64,000 nucleotides of DNA from Thalia democratica (Eukaryota): NCBI GenBank assembly GCA_965202585.1, contig OZ241828.1, positions 65,968,001-66,032,000 on the forward strand, in the 5' to 3' direction. A program made the translations under genes and the position numbers. Below, one piece after another: positions 24,564-39,256 of this stretch. Below the pieces are notes generated by a model. That model was not told the origin of the DNA. It worked only from the letters and a program-made list of their open reading frames with translations, and made no database searches. How positions within the stretch are numbered: the first letter of the stretch is position 1; each line of letters opens with the position of its first letter.

Positions 24564-27500
24564 AACGTTTAAAAGTATGAATGCCTCTAATGTTAGTTTA
24601 TGTTTTTTTTTCTAATAAGGTTAATTTTAAGACATCTAATGACTAAATTAGTCATAACTAAATTGCTAACTGTTAGTTGTAAGTAATAATGGAATAGTAA
24701 ATTTGAGAAAAAAGTATCTTCCACTATTAGATAGTAAACTTGACTAAAAACTTAATAGTATTGAATAAAAATAATGTTAAGGATTGTTTAAGTTTTTTAA
24801 TTTTTACATCTTTAAGATTTTATTTTTCTCAACTTTTATGAAATAGACAAAACTGATGATTTTTAGCTAAACATCTTTTTTTCAAATCTACTTTTATTTT
24901 CACTAATATATCAAATAATTTTCATTTCTAAACGTAAATATAAAATTAGAATTTGTACGTTTTTCAAAAACTATTTCTTTAAGAAATACAATCACTATAT
25001 ATTCATTTTTTTACAATTTTATAATTTTATTTACAACCTTTAAACTATCCTTTATTTAGATGAATTATAACTTTTTTTTTTAATTTTTAAGGTGGTAAAG
25101 CAATTGGATCTATTTTATTTTATAAAAACCTTGTAAATTACTGTATGATCTACATAGTGTAATTAAAAATTATAGTACACAATTTAAGTTTTTTATAACT
25201 AGTTTATTAAATTAAGAGTGGCTAACAGGTATAATAAAGTGCTTTTTATTCTTAAACTCAATATGTTTTGCTTATTTTTTTATTAATTTAATCCCTTAAA
25301 ACCTTTTTTTTTGTCTTATGAGTTGTACACACGCAGGAAAACTCATGTTTGTTAAAAAATGATGAAAATCTCATGCTAACTTAAGTTATTTTTGACACTT
25401 GTTGAGTCTTATGCTAGTCATTAGAACTTTTTCTTGAATTAAAATTATTTAATTGCCTTAATTTTATAAACTTGCTGTTTTAATGTATATATTATCAGTT
25501 GGTAGTAGTTGTATCTTTGACTTATATAAATTATATGTAAATGCTTATATAAGTTGAGGGTATCCCTGTTATCAAAGGTTGATAACCATGTATCTTGTTT
25601 GCAGTAAATACTTGAGAAATTTTTAAATTTTTTAAGCTCTTTAAGTTTCAGTTAATAGTTTAGGAAAATATCTAATGACTTAACTATTTTGTTTAATGTA
25701 CTAATAATATTTAAGTTACAGACTAAATACAATATTTTTAAAACTCACCAGACTCAGAAGATAAACCACCTTTAGATGTTTAACCACTCAAAAATAGAGA
25801 TATCTGAAATCTTGGAAATCAGTTGATGACTTAAAAGGTTTTTTTTATATGTAACAATTAATAGTAATTTAAAACACAAATTTTAGTATTTATACTTTGA
25901 AATCAACCACACAGTTTTTTTTTTCTGGAAAAACTTAGCTTTTTTTACTGAATTTTTTAAAGCAAAGGTTTTTAAAGCAGATTTAAGATTTTCATTTCTG
26001 TTTTTTATATAAAATGTTTTTTTAGTTACTTTTAAAGTATAATTTGTAGTTTGAGTTTAATATTGCACAAATAATCATTTATCATGTAAAGTCTAAAATC
26101 CTATTTCACTTATTATTTGAAAATTGATATTTTTTTAACAATCTTGTAAGTATTGTTATTCAACAGTTAGCAATGCAATTTTCAATATTTTCCATAAACT
26201 TAGACTATAAATTTAAAATGGCTATAATCAGATTTTGCAAATATTTAAATAAGATCTTTGAGTTCAAAACAAAATTTGCTTTTTTTTATTAAGTAAATTA
26301 AATGTTTAATGGGGTCATAGGGATGAAGGGAGGCAAATAACTTGTTAATAAGATTTAGTTTTATTTTTACTCAATTAACTACGATGTCGGTTGTTTTTTT
26401 ATTAAGTATAAAATAAACTAATAGCTTTACTTAAAACTTTGGTTATAACATGCTTTGTACTGTACTATTATAAATTTCTTACTTTTATTTTAAACTTTGA
26501 TTTTTTAAGCAAAAAATTATAAATGAATTTTAATGTTGTGAAATCAATTATTTATATGAAATGTAAAAATACCTTTTTATTTTATTACTTTAAAATTAAT
26601 TAATATTTTTCAATTATTGTTTCCATAAATTATTAAATACTATTATTAAGCACTATTTAATAGTTTAGTAACAAATTTATTTTATGTTATTACTATACTT
26701 AGACTTAAATTTTTTGATATTTTTTTTTGTTTTTGCAAAACTTGGTTTTGTAATTTTATTAATTAGATCATTTGGTTAATTGAGGCCATAGGGAGGGGGG
26801 ATATCTGTTTACAGCATTTAGTTTTAATTTTTCCTTATTAATTTGACATAAAATTTTTTCAATAAAAAAAAGGAACTTATTTTTTTATATAGTTCATAAC
26901 AAATTATAATTTGAATTTTAATAAATCTTTTTATGACATGTGGTTTGTAATAATATCAAGATCTCTTTTTGAGAGTTTGAAGTAAATTGTTTTAAAGTTG
27001 AAAGAGAAGGGAGACTTTTAGTTTTTTCAATTAATGCCAAAAAAATTGACTTAGGCAGATTTTCATACTTTACAGTTGACTGGATTTAATAAAAAAAAGT
27101 TTATATAACAAAAAATAATTAATTTTTTCTAAAGAAAGTATGTTCTAGCAAATTATTTTTAAATATAGCCAATATTTTTTTTTTTATTATTTCGATCCCT
27201 TATGGCATTAACAAGTTGTACACACCTTGTATATAACATGTTACAAGCTTCTAAAGTTGTTTTATTCATAGAAGCCTTATGCTTTTTACCATTTTTTAAT
27301 GGTTAATTGTTATGTTTTTTGGTATAAACAATAAATTTTTTATATGTTACAATGTTGGCATAATTATATACCTACATTTTTAAATTTTATTTTAACCAAA
27401 GGTGTTATTAATAGAGTGAAAATTTTTTTATAACAAAAGTCGTGACTAAATAATCTTAAAATTATAAAAAAGTATTTAAAGCATGGCTGAACTTAAATAT

Positions 27501-30500
27501 AAATCATGACTAAACTTTTACTGTTTATTTATTAATTCATTTTATTTGACAAGTAGATTATGTTAATATTCTTCTTCAAAAAAATAACGATCGAACCTTT
27601 TTAGGTTAGATCTGCAATAAACATACTTAAACAGAATCTGAAAGACTTCATTTACACGCCAATTTCAAGTAAGCTTAGTTTTGATAACAAAGAAAATATA
27701 ACTTGTTTTTTCAATTTAAGCTTTTTATAAATAAATATAGTAAAACATTAGTTTTTAATTATTTTCTCAAAAATATACATCTTTATTTATTTATAAACGC
27801 CTAAAAATGTACTACTACTTTCTTACAACCTAAAATTACTAACATTAAATTAAAGATTTAGTCTAATATTTTTTTGGTTAAATTTAACAACAGTGAAATT
27901 AATAAATGTTATTTATTTTCTAATGATTTGAATAGTTTTTATTTTTCCATATAAATGAATTTTTTAAATATAAAATTTTTCAATTTTTTTATAGGTCCTT
28001 TTGTGGAAGAACATAACTTTCATTTTGAAGTCAAAGAGATGTATGAAAATATCACATTTAATTAAAAGGCACAGGTAAAACCACTCAAAATTCATGTTGT
28101 ATAGTCAATTGTGTTTAATAACAACTAAACTAAATAGCTTAAATTTTGTTTTAAAGAGGATGTATCTAACAAGAATTAATAAATTTCTGATTTTGTTTTT
28201 ACTTTACTATTAAAAAACTTCAGTCAAAATACAAGTTACTAAAATATTTATGTTTCTTTTAAAATAATTATTTTTACTTCCTACTTAGTAAGTTGTCATA
28301 CTTTCTGTAATTGCTTTTCAATCAAAAGTATAAATTATTATAAATGCTTTATTTTAAACGCCAATTTCTTAAAACAAGAGTTTATTTTTGCATTTTTGTA
28401 GTAACTATAATAAGTATAATGATGACTGAACTGTTAATTTTTTTGTAAAATAAAAGTTTTGACTTAAGTTTTTTTTGTCTATTAACCTTAGAAAATTCTT
28501 ATTTTTGTAGTTTTTATCATGTATTTTGTAAAATTTTGTATTATATCTAAAATATCATATAAATCCTTTGTGTTCCTTAAAGAAAATTTAAACAAACTAG
28601 TTTTAGCTCAAATCCTTTTTTTTTTTGAATTTTCAACAGCTTTTTTGTTTTATTTCTGAAATTTAAACTTAAACAAGAAATTAAACTATACAAATTAAAT
28701 GTTTTTGTAAAATTGCGACAACTCCCAATTATAACAATAAAAAAAGTTTAAGTTAAAGTTTTGTAAAATGTTTTTATGTTGTGCACTTGTTCATTAATAA
28801 ACATATTTAATAAGCTCGTTATCTATACATCAGAAAAATATTTATATTATTTAGCTGTTAATAATAAAACTTACTGTTGTGTTGAAGGTTTATATAACAT
28901 TTTTATTTACAATATCTCACAGTTTGCCTTTTTTCACAAACTTTGAAGCTTGAATTGAATAAATAAATCTTAAAGCACATAAGTAATTAAAAATAATGTT
29001 TATTTAATGGCTCATTATACGTACAAAAAACCATAAAAAAAAATTTAAAACTTAAAGCTAAGTAAAGTAAGTTATAGATAGTTATCTCTAAAATTAATTT
29101 TTCTCTTCAAGTTATTTTTACTCATTAAACACATTAAAGTTGTTGTAATAAAGTAAAGTTCCTTCAAAATTTGAATTTTTGCTTTATATTATAGCCACTA
29201 ATATTCAAAGAAAAGGTATACTAACTAATTTAAAACTTTTAGATGCGAATTCTTTTAATATCATAAACTTAAGTAACATAAGTTTGTAATAAATTGTATA
29301 AGCAGAATAATTTTTTAAATTTAGTGTTAAATAATGTTTGGTAATATAAACATGATAATTAAAATTATCATTAGTTGATATTTTAATAAAGTTGTTACAG
29401 CAACAAAAATAATTAAGAAACTATGAAATTTAAGAAACTGTAAAACAAGAGGTGAAAGTTAGCTATAACTTGAAAAATTTACAAGCTATTATGAAGAAAT
29501 ATGAGAATAGTTTAAGCGTACCATTTGTTTTACTCACTAGTTTCCTTTTTTAGTTCTCTCTCTCTCTTGCGCTTTAAGCGTGTGTAATTTTGAAAAGTTT
29601 TAAAATAAAGAGAATAACTCGAGCGCGCTCACGCGTACCACTTATTTTTCACTTTAGTTTCTTTTATTTCTCTAGGTTTCTCTCAATTTACTATAAAACT
29701 TTAAACACGTGTAAACAGATAAAACAGCTATAATTAGTGACTTTAAAATTTTACCATGCCTGCTCAAGAATGTTATGAAGGGATATGTTGTTACCTAAAG
29801 CCTAAAAAATCATTCATTTAAACATTCTTTTTATTGAAGCCCAAAACAATGTTTAACAACTAGTTCCTTATCTAAAATTATCGACCTAGGCAGTCATTTT
29901 TTCTAGGTGATTAGTAAAATATTTAATTTTTAGAAACGATGTCTTCGAAGCGTAAAAATATGGGTTTTTCTTTAACGTAAATCACACAAAAATATTCACT
30001 TAACTCAAAACTGACAATGCAGGAGAGCACATTTCCTTACACACTTTTTATGACGTAACAGAAGACTTCAAAATCTTAACAAACATTTTTAGATCATTAA
30101 AACGAAAATTCTATATTTTTTGACACCTGTTTAACTAACTATATAATTTTAAGTTATTTAAGTTCAACTAACTTAGTGAATTTACTAAGTGAGGTTTTCT
30201 GAAACTTTATTTACTTCTTAGTTTCAGCTATTAACCATGCGATACATAGCTTCGAAAAATTTGAATAAAAAGTTGTAGTTTATAATACAAAAGATCAAAA
30301 GACCTGCTTATTTTCTTTCATTTTAAATGAGCTTAAAACTAGGGTTTAATGTAAAATTTGCTACGTATATATATATCTTTAAAATGTTTCATAAAGTAAA
30401 ATATTTTAATATAATATAAATTATATATATATAAATATAATATAAAGTAAAATAAAACCCAGGACACTACTTCTACTTCTTTTTGCTTATCATATTTTTG

Positions 30501-32771
30501 GAAGATACGCAAAAAAGTTTTGCTAGAGAACTTTTTTAAAACCTAGGACAAAGTTTTATATATTTTTATTACCGTTACTTGTTTTTAGTTATTTATTTAA
30601 TTTTAATTATTTTTTAGTACGCAATGAATATATTAATTGTGTGAATTTTATATAATTAATTAAATTATTAGGTTATCTGAAATAACCAATAAGCTTTTGA
30701 GCAAAAAATTAATAAAAAGAAGTACTACTTGGTGTCTGAGTTGATAATAAAGAACAGTCACTGCTTTAGTTTTTAAGCATGAAATAAAATATACAGATAC
30801 TAAAGTAACTATTTTCAAGAAAATGTAGTTAAGCGAAAAGAAAATCGTTTTAAATGGGCTTTAACGATAGGCAAATTAAATTTTAATATTATTTTCTAAG
30901 AACAGTTTTATTACTGGTTTAGCTATTTCGTTTTTATTCACTAAAAAACTTGTATTTTAAAACCTTTTTTAATTTGAGTTAAAGTTGTTTTTAGAAAAAT
31001 AAAAACAGTTTTAGAACACTTTGACTATATTTTCTAGATACACTTTATAACGATAAATATTAACACAAATAGTACATCAGCTAAACAAATAGTTTTGTAG
31101 TTTTATTTTCATACTTCATGAATTCACACGAATGCTCAAATATTCAAATAAGCACTCTTCAAAACAAAACTATCAATTTACGGAAGTTAAAAGTATTTCA
31201 CACGAAACATAAAACTTTGTTTTAAATATTTTTGTAGATTCTTTAGGGTATAATTTCTATCAACACCGCCCACATCAAAAGAATAATAAAAATAATAAAA
31301 TCTTTAAATCTAGACACAATTCTAACTTTTAATAATTTGACAGCAACCATTGCATATAAGGTTTAAAAGTTATTTAAATGTCATGTTAATAAGTTAAAAA
31401 ATAACAAATTAATCTTATATGACTAATATGAACAGTTAAAACTTTGTTTTAGTTCAACAGCGACTTTAAAAACTTTATAGGATTGAAGAAATAATAAATA
31501 AATGTTTCAAAAATACGACGTTTTTATAAGGTTCGAACAAAAGCTGTTGATATTCAATAATGAATTTTTTAAATAAAGTAAAACAATTACCAAACCAGAT
31601 GTTTTACTTGTAATTTGCTATAATACATTAGTTCAACATTAATAGGACTGCAAGAAAAACAATAATAACTCTCTCAAAGAAGCTGTAATTTATAAAACAG
31701 TTTATTATTCTAAAAACAACTGTGATGAATAAAAAACATTATTAGTATTGATTATCTATCGAATTAAGAGTAAGCTTTTGCTGTTGACTTAAAATATGTT
31801 TTGGTAAATAGACTTGAAGATAACAACAAAATAAAAATAATTTGTCGATATTTAATAAATAAAACATAGAAAAAAGTAATGTAGTCTAAATACACTTTCA
31901 TCAACATTTTTTCTTTTCAAAGTTTTTTAGAAATTTATAAAATACTTTTTTTGTATGTCTAATTGAAAAGATTTGTTTTGTTACTGGTATTAACTAATAA
32001 AAATAATAAAAGTCACTCATTAAAAAAAAGTTATTAATTTCATTTAGATTGATATCAGAATAACCTTGCTGAAAACTGATAAGATTATAAAGTAAATTTA
32101 GTTATATACAAGGATTTTTATATGTCTAGCTAAAAATAGCTACATCATATAGAGTTAAGTGTAAAAATCTATCTAAAAGTTTTAAACTATAGTTTAGTTA
32201 TACTTTGCTGATTTAAATTTATTTTTAAGACGAAATTTTCTGAAATCATCATAAAATGGTTTGACCTCTTTTAAATAAATAACAAAAAAAGGTGGTCAGT
32301 TAATAAACTTTGTTATACTACAACACTTAGTTGACTAGTTACTTTATGACTTTTCCTTTATGAACTATGTTATAATTTTTAAAGTTATCGACAATGTGAA
32401 ACAAAAAAATTAAAATTTAGATTTTGGTTTAGTTATCTGAGAACGATTTAATAATTTTATTCTAAAAAATGAATAAACATTTTTGTATAAAACTAGTAGC
32501 CAAACATAAAAATGTAGTCTAATCTTTTTATCTTGTATTAGTCAACAAATTAGCCATTTCATAACTATTCAAAATAAAAAAGAGAATATTTTTTAGCCAG
32601 TTTTTTTTGATATGAGTACATTAAACAAATGTATTTTTTAAACTTAAAAATGAGTTGGCACAAATAAAGTAACTAAACATTTTTACGAACAAAAACACTT
32701 TTTTACGGCCTTAACATTTCAGTAATACTTGCGGTTACGTTTTTTACAATTGCAGATTTAACAACAAAAAA

Positions 32772-33802
32772 ATGACTTTCACTTTGTTCACATCAAACAT
32801 AAAACTGTTAACAACTGTGTTAATGGTCACTGTTATCAACTCGTTTGAACTTCAGCAAGGGGGTTATGACATTCTGTTGAACAAGTTTGACAATTTGACT
32901 CAACTCGAAAGTGTGCATCAAAGTGATAATATCAAGCCGGTTGCTCCTCACAAAACTTATAAATTCAGATGTAGGTGAGCTACAGTTTTTTCAGTTTTTT
33001 TTTAAACTAATGAGTTTAATCAAAACATAATGTTGGTTATAAAGTTGTTTCGCTAAAATTTTAAATAGTTTTTACTGATTGTTTGAAATAATAAATATGT
33101 TTTTAAGTAAAGTTATTTTGTGATTGATACTAAAAACTTTTATTAGCTTTTTATTTGTACTTGAATGTTTATTGTATAACCTACTTGTAGTTAAGTTAAA
33201 ACAACTGAATTAACACTTCTTTTATTAAAACTTTCTTAAAAATTTGTATTAATATTGAATCAATGAGTTACAGAAACCTAGAGCTTAGCTTTGTTGAAGT
33301 GAAAGATTGTGTTGGAAAATGTTACAACCCGAATACATGCCGAGTGTTCGAGGTAACTTTTTTTAAGTTCATCAGACATTTTACTAAAACTCTGCTAACA
33401 GATGTCATTTTAGTAATAAGACTTTAAAACAAGTGAATCATAAGTTTTAAAAAATTGTTTTTTACAGCTAAAACCAAAAATAAAATAACTGGTGTTGTAT
33501 ATGGAAAACAATAAAGTTTTTTAATTATAAAAAATGTATATACATAAAGTATATATAGAAATCATAATAAAGCTCTAAATGAGTAAAACCAAGTTATAAA
33601 TTAACAAATTTTATAGAAGTTCAAAAACACTCCGATATGGAAGTATGCCACCTTCAAAACACTAGATGGCGGTAAAGAGACGTTTCGCATTCCAGATGCT
33701 TGCCACTGCACAGTGACGTCACAGCAAAGTGGAAGTTCATACGACGAGTGCGTCAGCAAGCGGGGAGAAATATTTAAAATGATGATGATTTTTAAATTTT
33801 GA
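32772..33802 (+). CDS. Secreted cystine-knot protein, 155 aa (exons 32772-32974, 33274-33352, 33617-33802)
   Basis: Canonical GT-AG introns with matching phases (2, 0) give an uninterrupted frame: hydrophobic N-terminus, then C67-x12-C80VGKC84-x5-C90-x32-C123HC125 plus C139; CxGxC and CxC form the cystine-knot signature. Confidence 0.8.
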
Positions 33803-36800
33803 TATCGGATTTATTGTTTATTATGTTTTGAATTAAAAATTCAAGCAGTTTTATATTTTGATCATAAAACGCTTATGTTCGGTTTATCTTTAAAGCCTTG
33901 AAAAATTTAAAAGCCATTTTTATTTAAGCTCGGACACTCGTCTTCTTCTTCTATTTAACAACTTTTTCTTGCCTTTTTGTTAAATTCTATTTTTAATTAT
34001 TTAATGAAATACAAGTTTAGCAGAGATTAGAAATTATTTCATGATTTTAAAATTTTTGTTTTAGCGGTAAAACATATTTATTTTAAAATAAAACGATGCT
34101 ATTAAGTTTTTTGTTGTTGCTGTTGTTGAACTTTTCAATTCTAGAAATAATGATTCTGGTTTTTTGCTGACGTTATTTTTTATTGCTTTTCGATTTAATA
34201 ATTTAGTAGATTTTTATTTAGGTAATGAAATGATTATGTTTAGTTTGTTACAATATTTGAAGACTTTTAAACTCGTAACTACTTATTACCAAAACAGGAT
34301 ATTCTAGATTTTATATTTAATAATTTTTCTTTTTATTTCTGTCGACAGTTTTTCTTTAAATATTTTGTTTAGAGTAAAAAAACGTTTTAATGTAAAAATT
34401 GGCTTGTTAAGAAAAATAAGGACATTAAATTTGCTAACTACTTAACACATTTTCTTATTTTGCTTTGTTGTTAGTTTAATAACTTTAATGATAATTAAAG
34501 ACTAATAAAAAACTAACTTCAATGAAGTGTTAAATTTTTAACACTTGAAAACATAGTTTGGAATACAAAAAAGAGTATAAATAACTATTTAAAAAAATCA
34601 AATTTTATTGTTTTTTTCTTTTTTACATAAAAATTTTATGGGTAAATATTAGGGTAAATTATAAAAAATACATAGTTTTTTTTGTCCGAAACTAAATTTA
34701 TATATAAACATTTAACAACGTCTAGTACATCAATGTGTATGTGAAACACAAAGTTTTAGTACTTATTTTTGGAGTTTTTGCAAATAAACTATATTCACTT
34801 CAGAAAAGTATGATTAGTATGAGATATTATTTTAATAACAAAAGTTGTACCCAAAAATATTATATTTAAGCTTTTCTAAATTGTTAAAAAATAAAAAATA
34901 ATTCATTAATGAATTACAAATAATAAATGCATTTCACGGTAAAATTAATTTGATTTTTATTTTAGTTTAGCTTAACATTAATATTTTATTTATTTTTTAA
35001 TAAACTTAGATTTAGGAGACGTTTAATGTTTTATAAAATTATAAACTATACTGTGTATTAAGTTTAAAAAAAATACGGCTTCGGCTTAAATAAAACTTAA
35101 ATTTAGTTACTAAACAAACTTAGTCTTGCTTGTTTTGTGTTAAACGTTAACATTTTTTTATTCAGGTTTAGAGACTTTCTTTTTAGACAAATTTAAATAA
35201 TAATGAAAGGTATACATTTTATAACACGCTTAAACTTTTAATTGAATCATATTTCAATAAAAGGAAGGCAAAATTTGATTAAAAACCGAATAGTTTAATA
35301 AGTCAACCTGTTTTTTATTTGTTGCTAAAAAACTTAGATTTTTTGTTAGAAAATTGTACGTAAAGTTTTATGTTTGAAATGTTTAATAGTGCTATAAAAG
35401 TACAATAGTAATTATTTATTTAAAGTAATTTTAAAAACTTACATTAGTTTAATGAACTGTTGTTAAGCTTAATATTTTCAATTAACAGCAAAACTTAATG
35501 TTGCTAAATCAAGCACCCACAACAGATTTTAACCTTTGTTGATATAATTTACTCATTTATCATAATTTTGTAACAAAAACTCTACAAACTTAAGTTAATA
35601 TTCTCTTTTAAATAACTTACTTTAAAGTTCAACTTGAAATCTTTAAACAATAAAGCTTCTTTGTAACGAAACTGTATACTACGAAAAATTTAACAAACCA
35701 GCTGGTTTTATATATCTTCTAATATCTGTATACTTTAATTGATAACTAAATGGTCAAGTTACCAACATTGATAAACTACTGTCTCCTTTTTTTCAACTTT
35801 TTCTAATCAATCAAATATATTTTTTTGATTTTTATCAGTATTAAGGCTCACACTCATCTCAAGTGAAGATCAAACGAGTTCAAGTGCATTGTGTTCAGCT
35901 TCTTAGGAAAGAACTCGAATAGGGCGCGAAAGAAAATACGGGATAAAGAAAGTTCAGTTATTAGTATTATGTTTTTTAAGTCCGGATTACGGTTTTTCTA
36001 TTAAGTATTTTGAACATTGTTTACGTTGACCAAGCGAAAGATTTTACACTCCTTAAGGGCTTGTTTATTAATAATAAAAACTAAATAAACTTCAAGTTGA
36101 GGTAATGGGTACTGTTTTAGATATTCTAGCAATATTGGTTGAGTCGAAAAATGTTCTTACCCAGATAAAAAGAAATCAAATGCATATTTCTTTTCTAAGT
36201 TGTTTTAATGTGTCTTAACATATTTATTACATTTGTAAAACTATTTATTTGTTGTACTACTGATGTTTGTAAATGCTGCTTAGCCTTAAAACATTAAGCA
36301 GTTTAGAAAAATGAAATATTTAGTTATATTTTTAAACCCAGTTTGTAAGCATTAAATGATCGATTATCTTGTAGATTGTAATCTTAAAGCAAACATTGTA
36401 TACAATAATCGCTTGTACATGTCAAGTATTAGAAGTTTACAACTTGATTTAACATGAAAAAATTTGAAAATGTTTTTTTTGTGTTACAAAGTAAACTTTA
36501 ATGACAAAAAACTATTAAAGTATTAGATAAATGTAAAAATAAAGTAAAAAATTAACGTATCATAAAACATATGTTGTTAATACAGATAAAAGAAGTTTTA
36601 AGATTAAAATTAAGTATTTTTTTTTAGAAACTTTATTAAGTTTTGCTAAAACAACATGCTTTACGACATTAAAACTTTGCAATGGTAAAACAAACAAGCT
36701 TCTTAACAATGGTTGTGTTTATAACAGAGTGTTGTTAAAATTCGTAACTTTTTGTTCTATTAATATAATAACAAAAGTTTGACCATATCGTTGACCCCAT

Positions 36801-36999
36801 TAAGTATAAAATCAACAATTTTTTACTATGTTTACTTTTTTTTTATTTCTAAATACTTGTACTTAAAATACTCACTTTTACTATTGCTTAAGTATACTGT
36901 TTGCAGTCTAAATGTTTTTTTATTTGTTCATTTTAGTGTGCTTTAATTGTAATTTTATGCTGAAAAGCTTTTATTATTAAAAAACGGTTATGTGTTAAA

Positions 37000-37294
37000 T
37001 ATGCGCGAAGGGACTCTTTTGTATTAAGAGATTTTGCACGGATGAAAAATATTTTTATTTTCTTTATTTTTTTTTAATTTTTCATTATCATAATAATTCT
37101 ATTTTGATTTTTTTTTACTATTACTGTTACCTCTAACCCTTTCCCTCGGTCGGTAGTATTTTTCTTTCTTTTTGTTATTTTATAAATTTTTTATTTCTTT
37201 TTTTTTTCTTGTATGTTATACATTTTTTTTTACTAACGTACAGAAATGACCTTTCGTGCAAAAACTACCTTTGTGCATATTTGACCCGTCCCCC
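37000..37294. mobile_element. Member of the GTGCAAAA-array MITE family
   Basis: attttgcacgg on the left, ctgttacctctaaccctttccctcg inside (reverse complement of the motif at 5213-5236), tttcgtgcaaaaactacctttgtgca...gacccgtccccc on the right. Confidence 0.55.
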
Positions 37295-37990
37295 AAAACA
37301 AAAGTGTACTAATTCTTATAAAATTCGTTTCTCATAATATATTTGTGTTTATTTGCCATATTTTTCATCATTAAAAAAAAGAAACAAACCAAGTTAAAAC
37401 TGCTTTATTATTACAATAGAAAAAAAAAATCATCACGTTTTTCTTCAAAAAAAAAAGAAGTGTATAGCTATTTCTTAAAACTTTTAAGGTTTTTTTTTTT
37501 TGAAAAATGATTTATAAATTTCAAATATGTAGCATTTTTAAGTTTTATCTACTTAAAGTTTTGTTATTAATATAAAGATTTTAAAAATACAATAATTGCT
37601 ATCAAAGAACTTTTGCTGTATTTCTAAAAATAACAATAAAAATAAATGTAATACTTTAATTTTAAAATGTATCATTTTATTTTAAGTATACTTTAAAGTA
37701 TAAAACAAAAAAAAAGGCAGTGTTGACCTTTTTAATTTTTTCATTAAACTTTGTAAGGTATCATTTATTAAACATTCTGAATTATTTTCTTAAACGTACT
37801 TAAAAGTTGAGTTTGCCTGCTTAACTCTAAAAACAAACAGTACAATAAGCACAGGCAGATCGCACAGTGCTCTTAAACAAACATATAAATCTAACTCATT
37901 TTTATTGACCATCAACCGCTTTTGTTTCCCTAAACTTGTTTTACTCGAATTATGCTTTTTCCAACATCATATCATGCAAAAAAGTAAAGC

Positions 37991-39256
37991 TCATGTTTTG
38001 AAATAAACTGATAAAGTGAACGCTATAAGTGACGTCACAATAAGAAGAAAGTTTGATTGCGTTGTGTTTGAGTTGCTCTCCTGCTCATTCGAGTTAGGAA
38101 GGTCTGTTAGAAAATTTAAAAGGCCTTATTTACGTAAACACATTTGAAATTGTCTTCATACTAAGGTTGAAATAAACTTACATGATAAGCTAAACATGTA
38201 TCATAAAATTTGAGCCAAAAATAATTACTTTAGATAGTTTACTGGGAGATCTGTTGAAAGATTTAAGAAGTTTTTAATTCTCACAATCAAATCAAAAATT
38301 ATCTTTTTACTAAGTTCGAAGTGAACTTAGTGTTGAGTTAAACATGCCATTCAGAAATTGACATAAGAGAGAAATAAAATTAGAAACTAAAATCAAAAGT
38401 AAAACTTAAGATCATGGTATCCAAAAAATGGAAGATATCAGACTTGGGCCAGTTTTTGTTATCAGTGGCCAACTAGTAGAACACTGGCGAAAGTAAATAG
38501 AAATTTAACTAGTAAAGAGGCGATATATAATAAAGGGGGAGAAGATTTCTAAATTTCAGCAGTATCGGAAATCAGGAAAATGAGTTTTAGAAACCCTAGT
38601 TTAGATAATTAAAAAAAAAAAAAGGATTATCAAGTATAAATTTTTATTATACTGAAAATATTTTACATTCAAACTAAAGTATATTTTTACAAGTATGTAC
38701 ATTTAAGACACATCAAAGTTTGAAAATTTGTCTTAACTTCAACTTTATTGTAAAATGTTTTCTGTTACATAAAAACAATCGTTTAACAAAAGTCAGACGT
38801 ATTCGTTTTTTTATTGAATATTGTTTTAAAAACTAATTTTTTGTAATATTAGACATAGTTTACAAAAAGATAAACTGGTTCGAAGTTAGTTTAGATATAA
38901 AGCATTTGTGTTGTTGTCAAAGTGACCAAACAAGGTATTTTTTTTTACATAAAGTTTTCTCATAATATTAACATATTGATAAAACACTCAACCTTAGTAT
39001 ATAAAAAAATACAAACCATTAAAAACACCCGCGTTGTTAACACTAAGCTTCCTCGTTGTTGAGTTTGTCGACGTTTCCACTTCTATCGGCTTGGTGATTT
39101 TAAACTTTGGTGACATTTTTACGTGTGTCGTAGTTGAAGTCCTTGAGGTCTTCTTCACGTGTTTGTGATGCCTCTCAGGATGGATCCTGATTTCCATTCT
39201 CATTTTGTTCTTGCAGTTTGGTTGTGATTCTTCAGCTTCTAAGTCGTTTGCGTAGG
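37991..39256 (-). CDS. 3' part of a Ser/Thr/Lys/His-rich, probably GPI-anchored surface protein (exons 39256-39017 and 38103-37991; 5' exon unresolved)
   Basis: 240-nt phase 1-1 exon (cag|CC TAC...AAT G|gtttgt) joins a phase-1 terminal exon DLPNSNEQESNSNTTQSNFLLIVTSLIAFTLSVYFKT* with a hydrophobic tail. Confidence 0.65.

Noticed and set aside
26785-27210. Possible Kolobok-like MITE with ggccataggga-type ends
   Set aside because: Ends are short and mismatched and the TTAA TSD is not clean
35840-36080. GC-richer island
   Set aside because: All frames are interrupted or uninformative; could not be assigned
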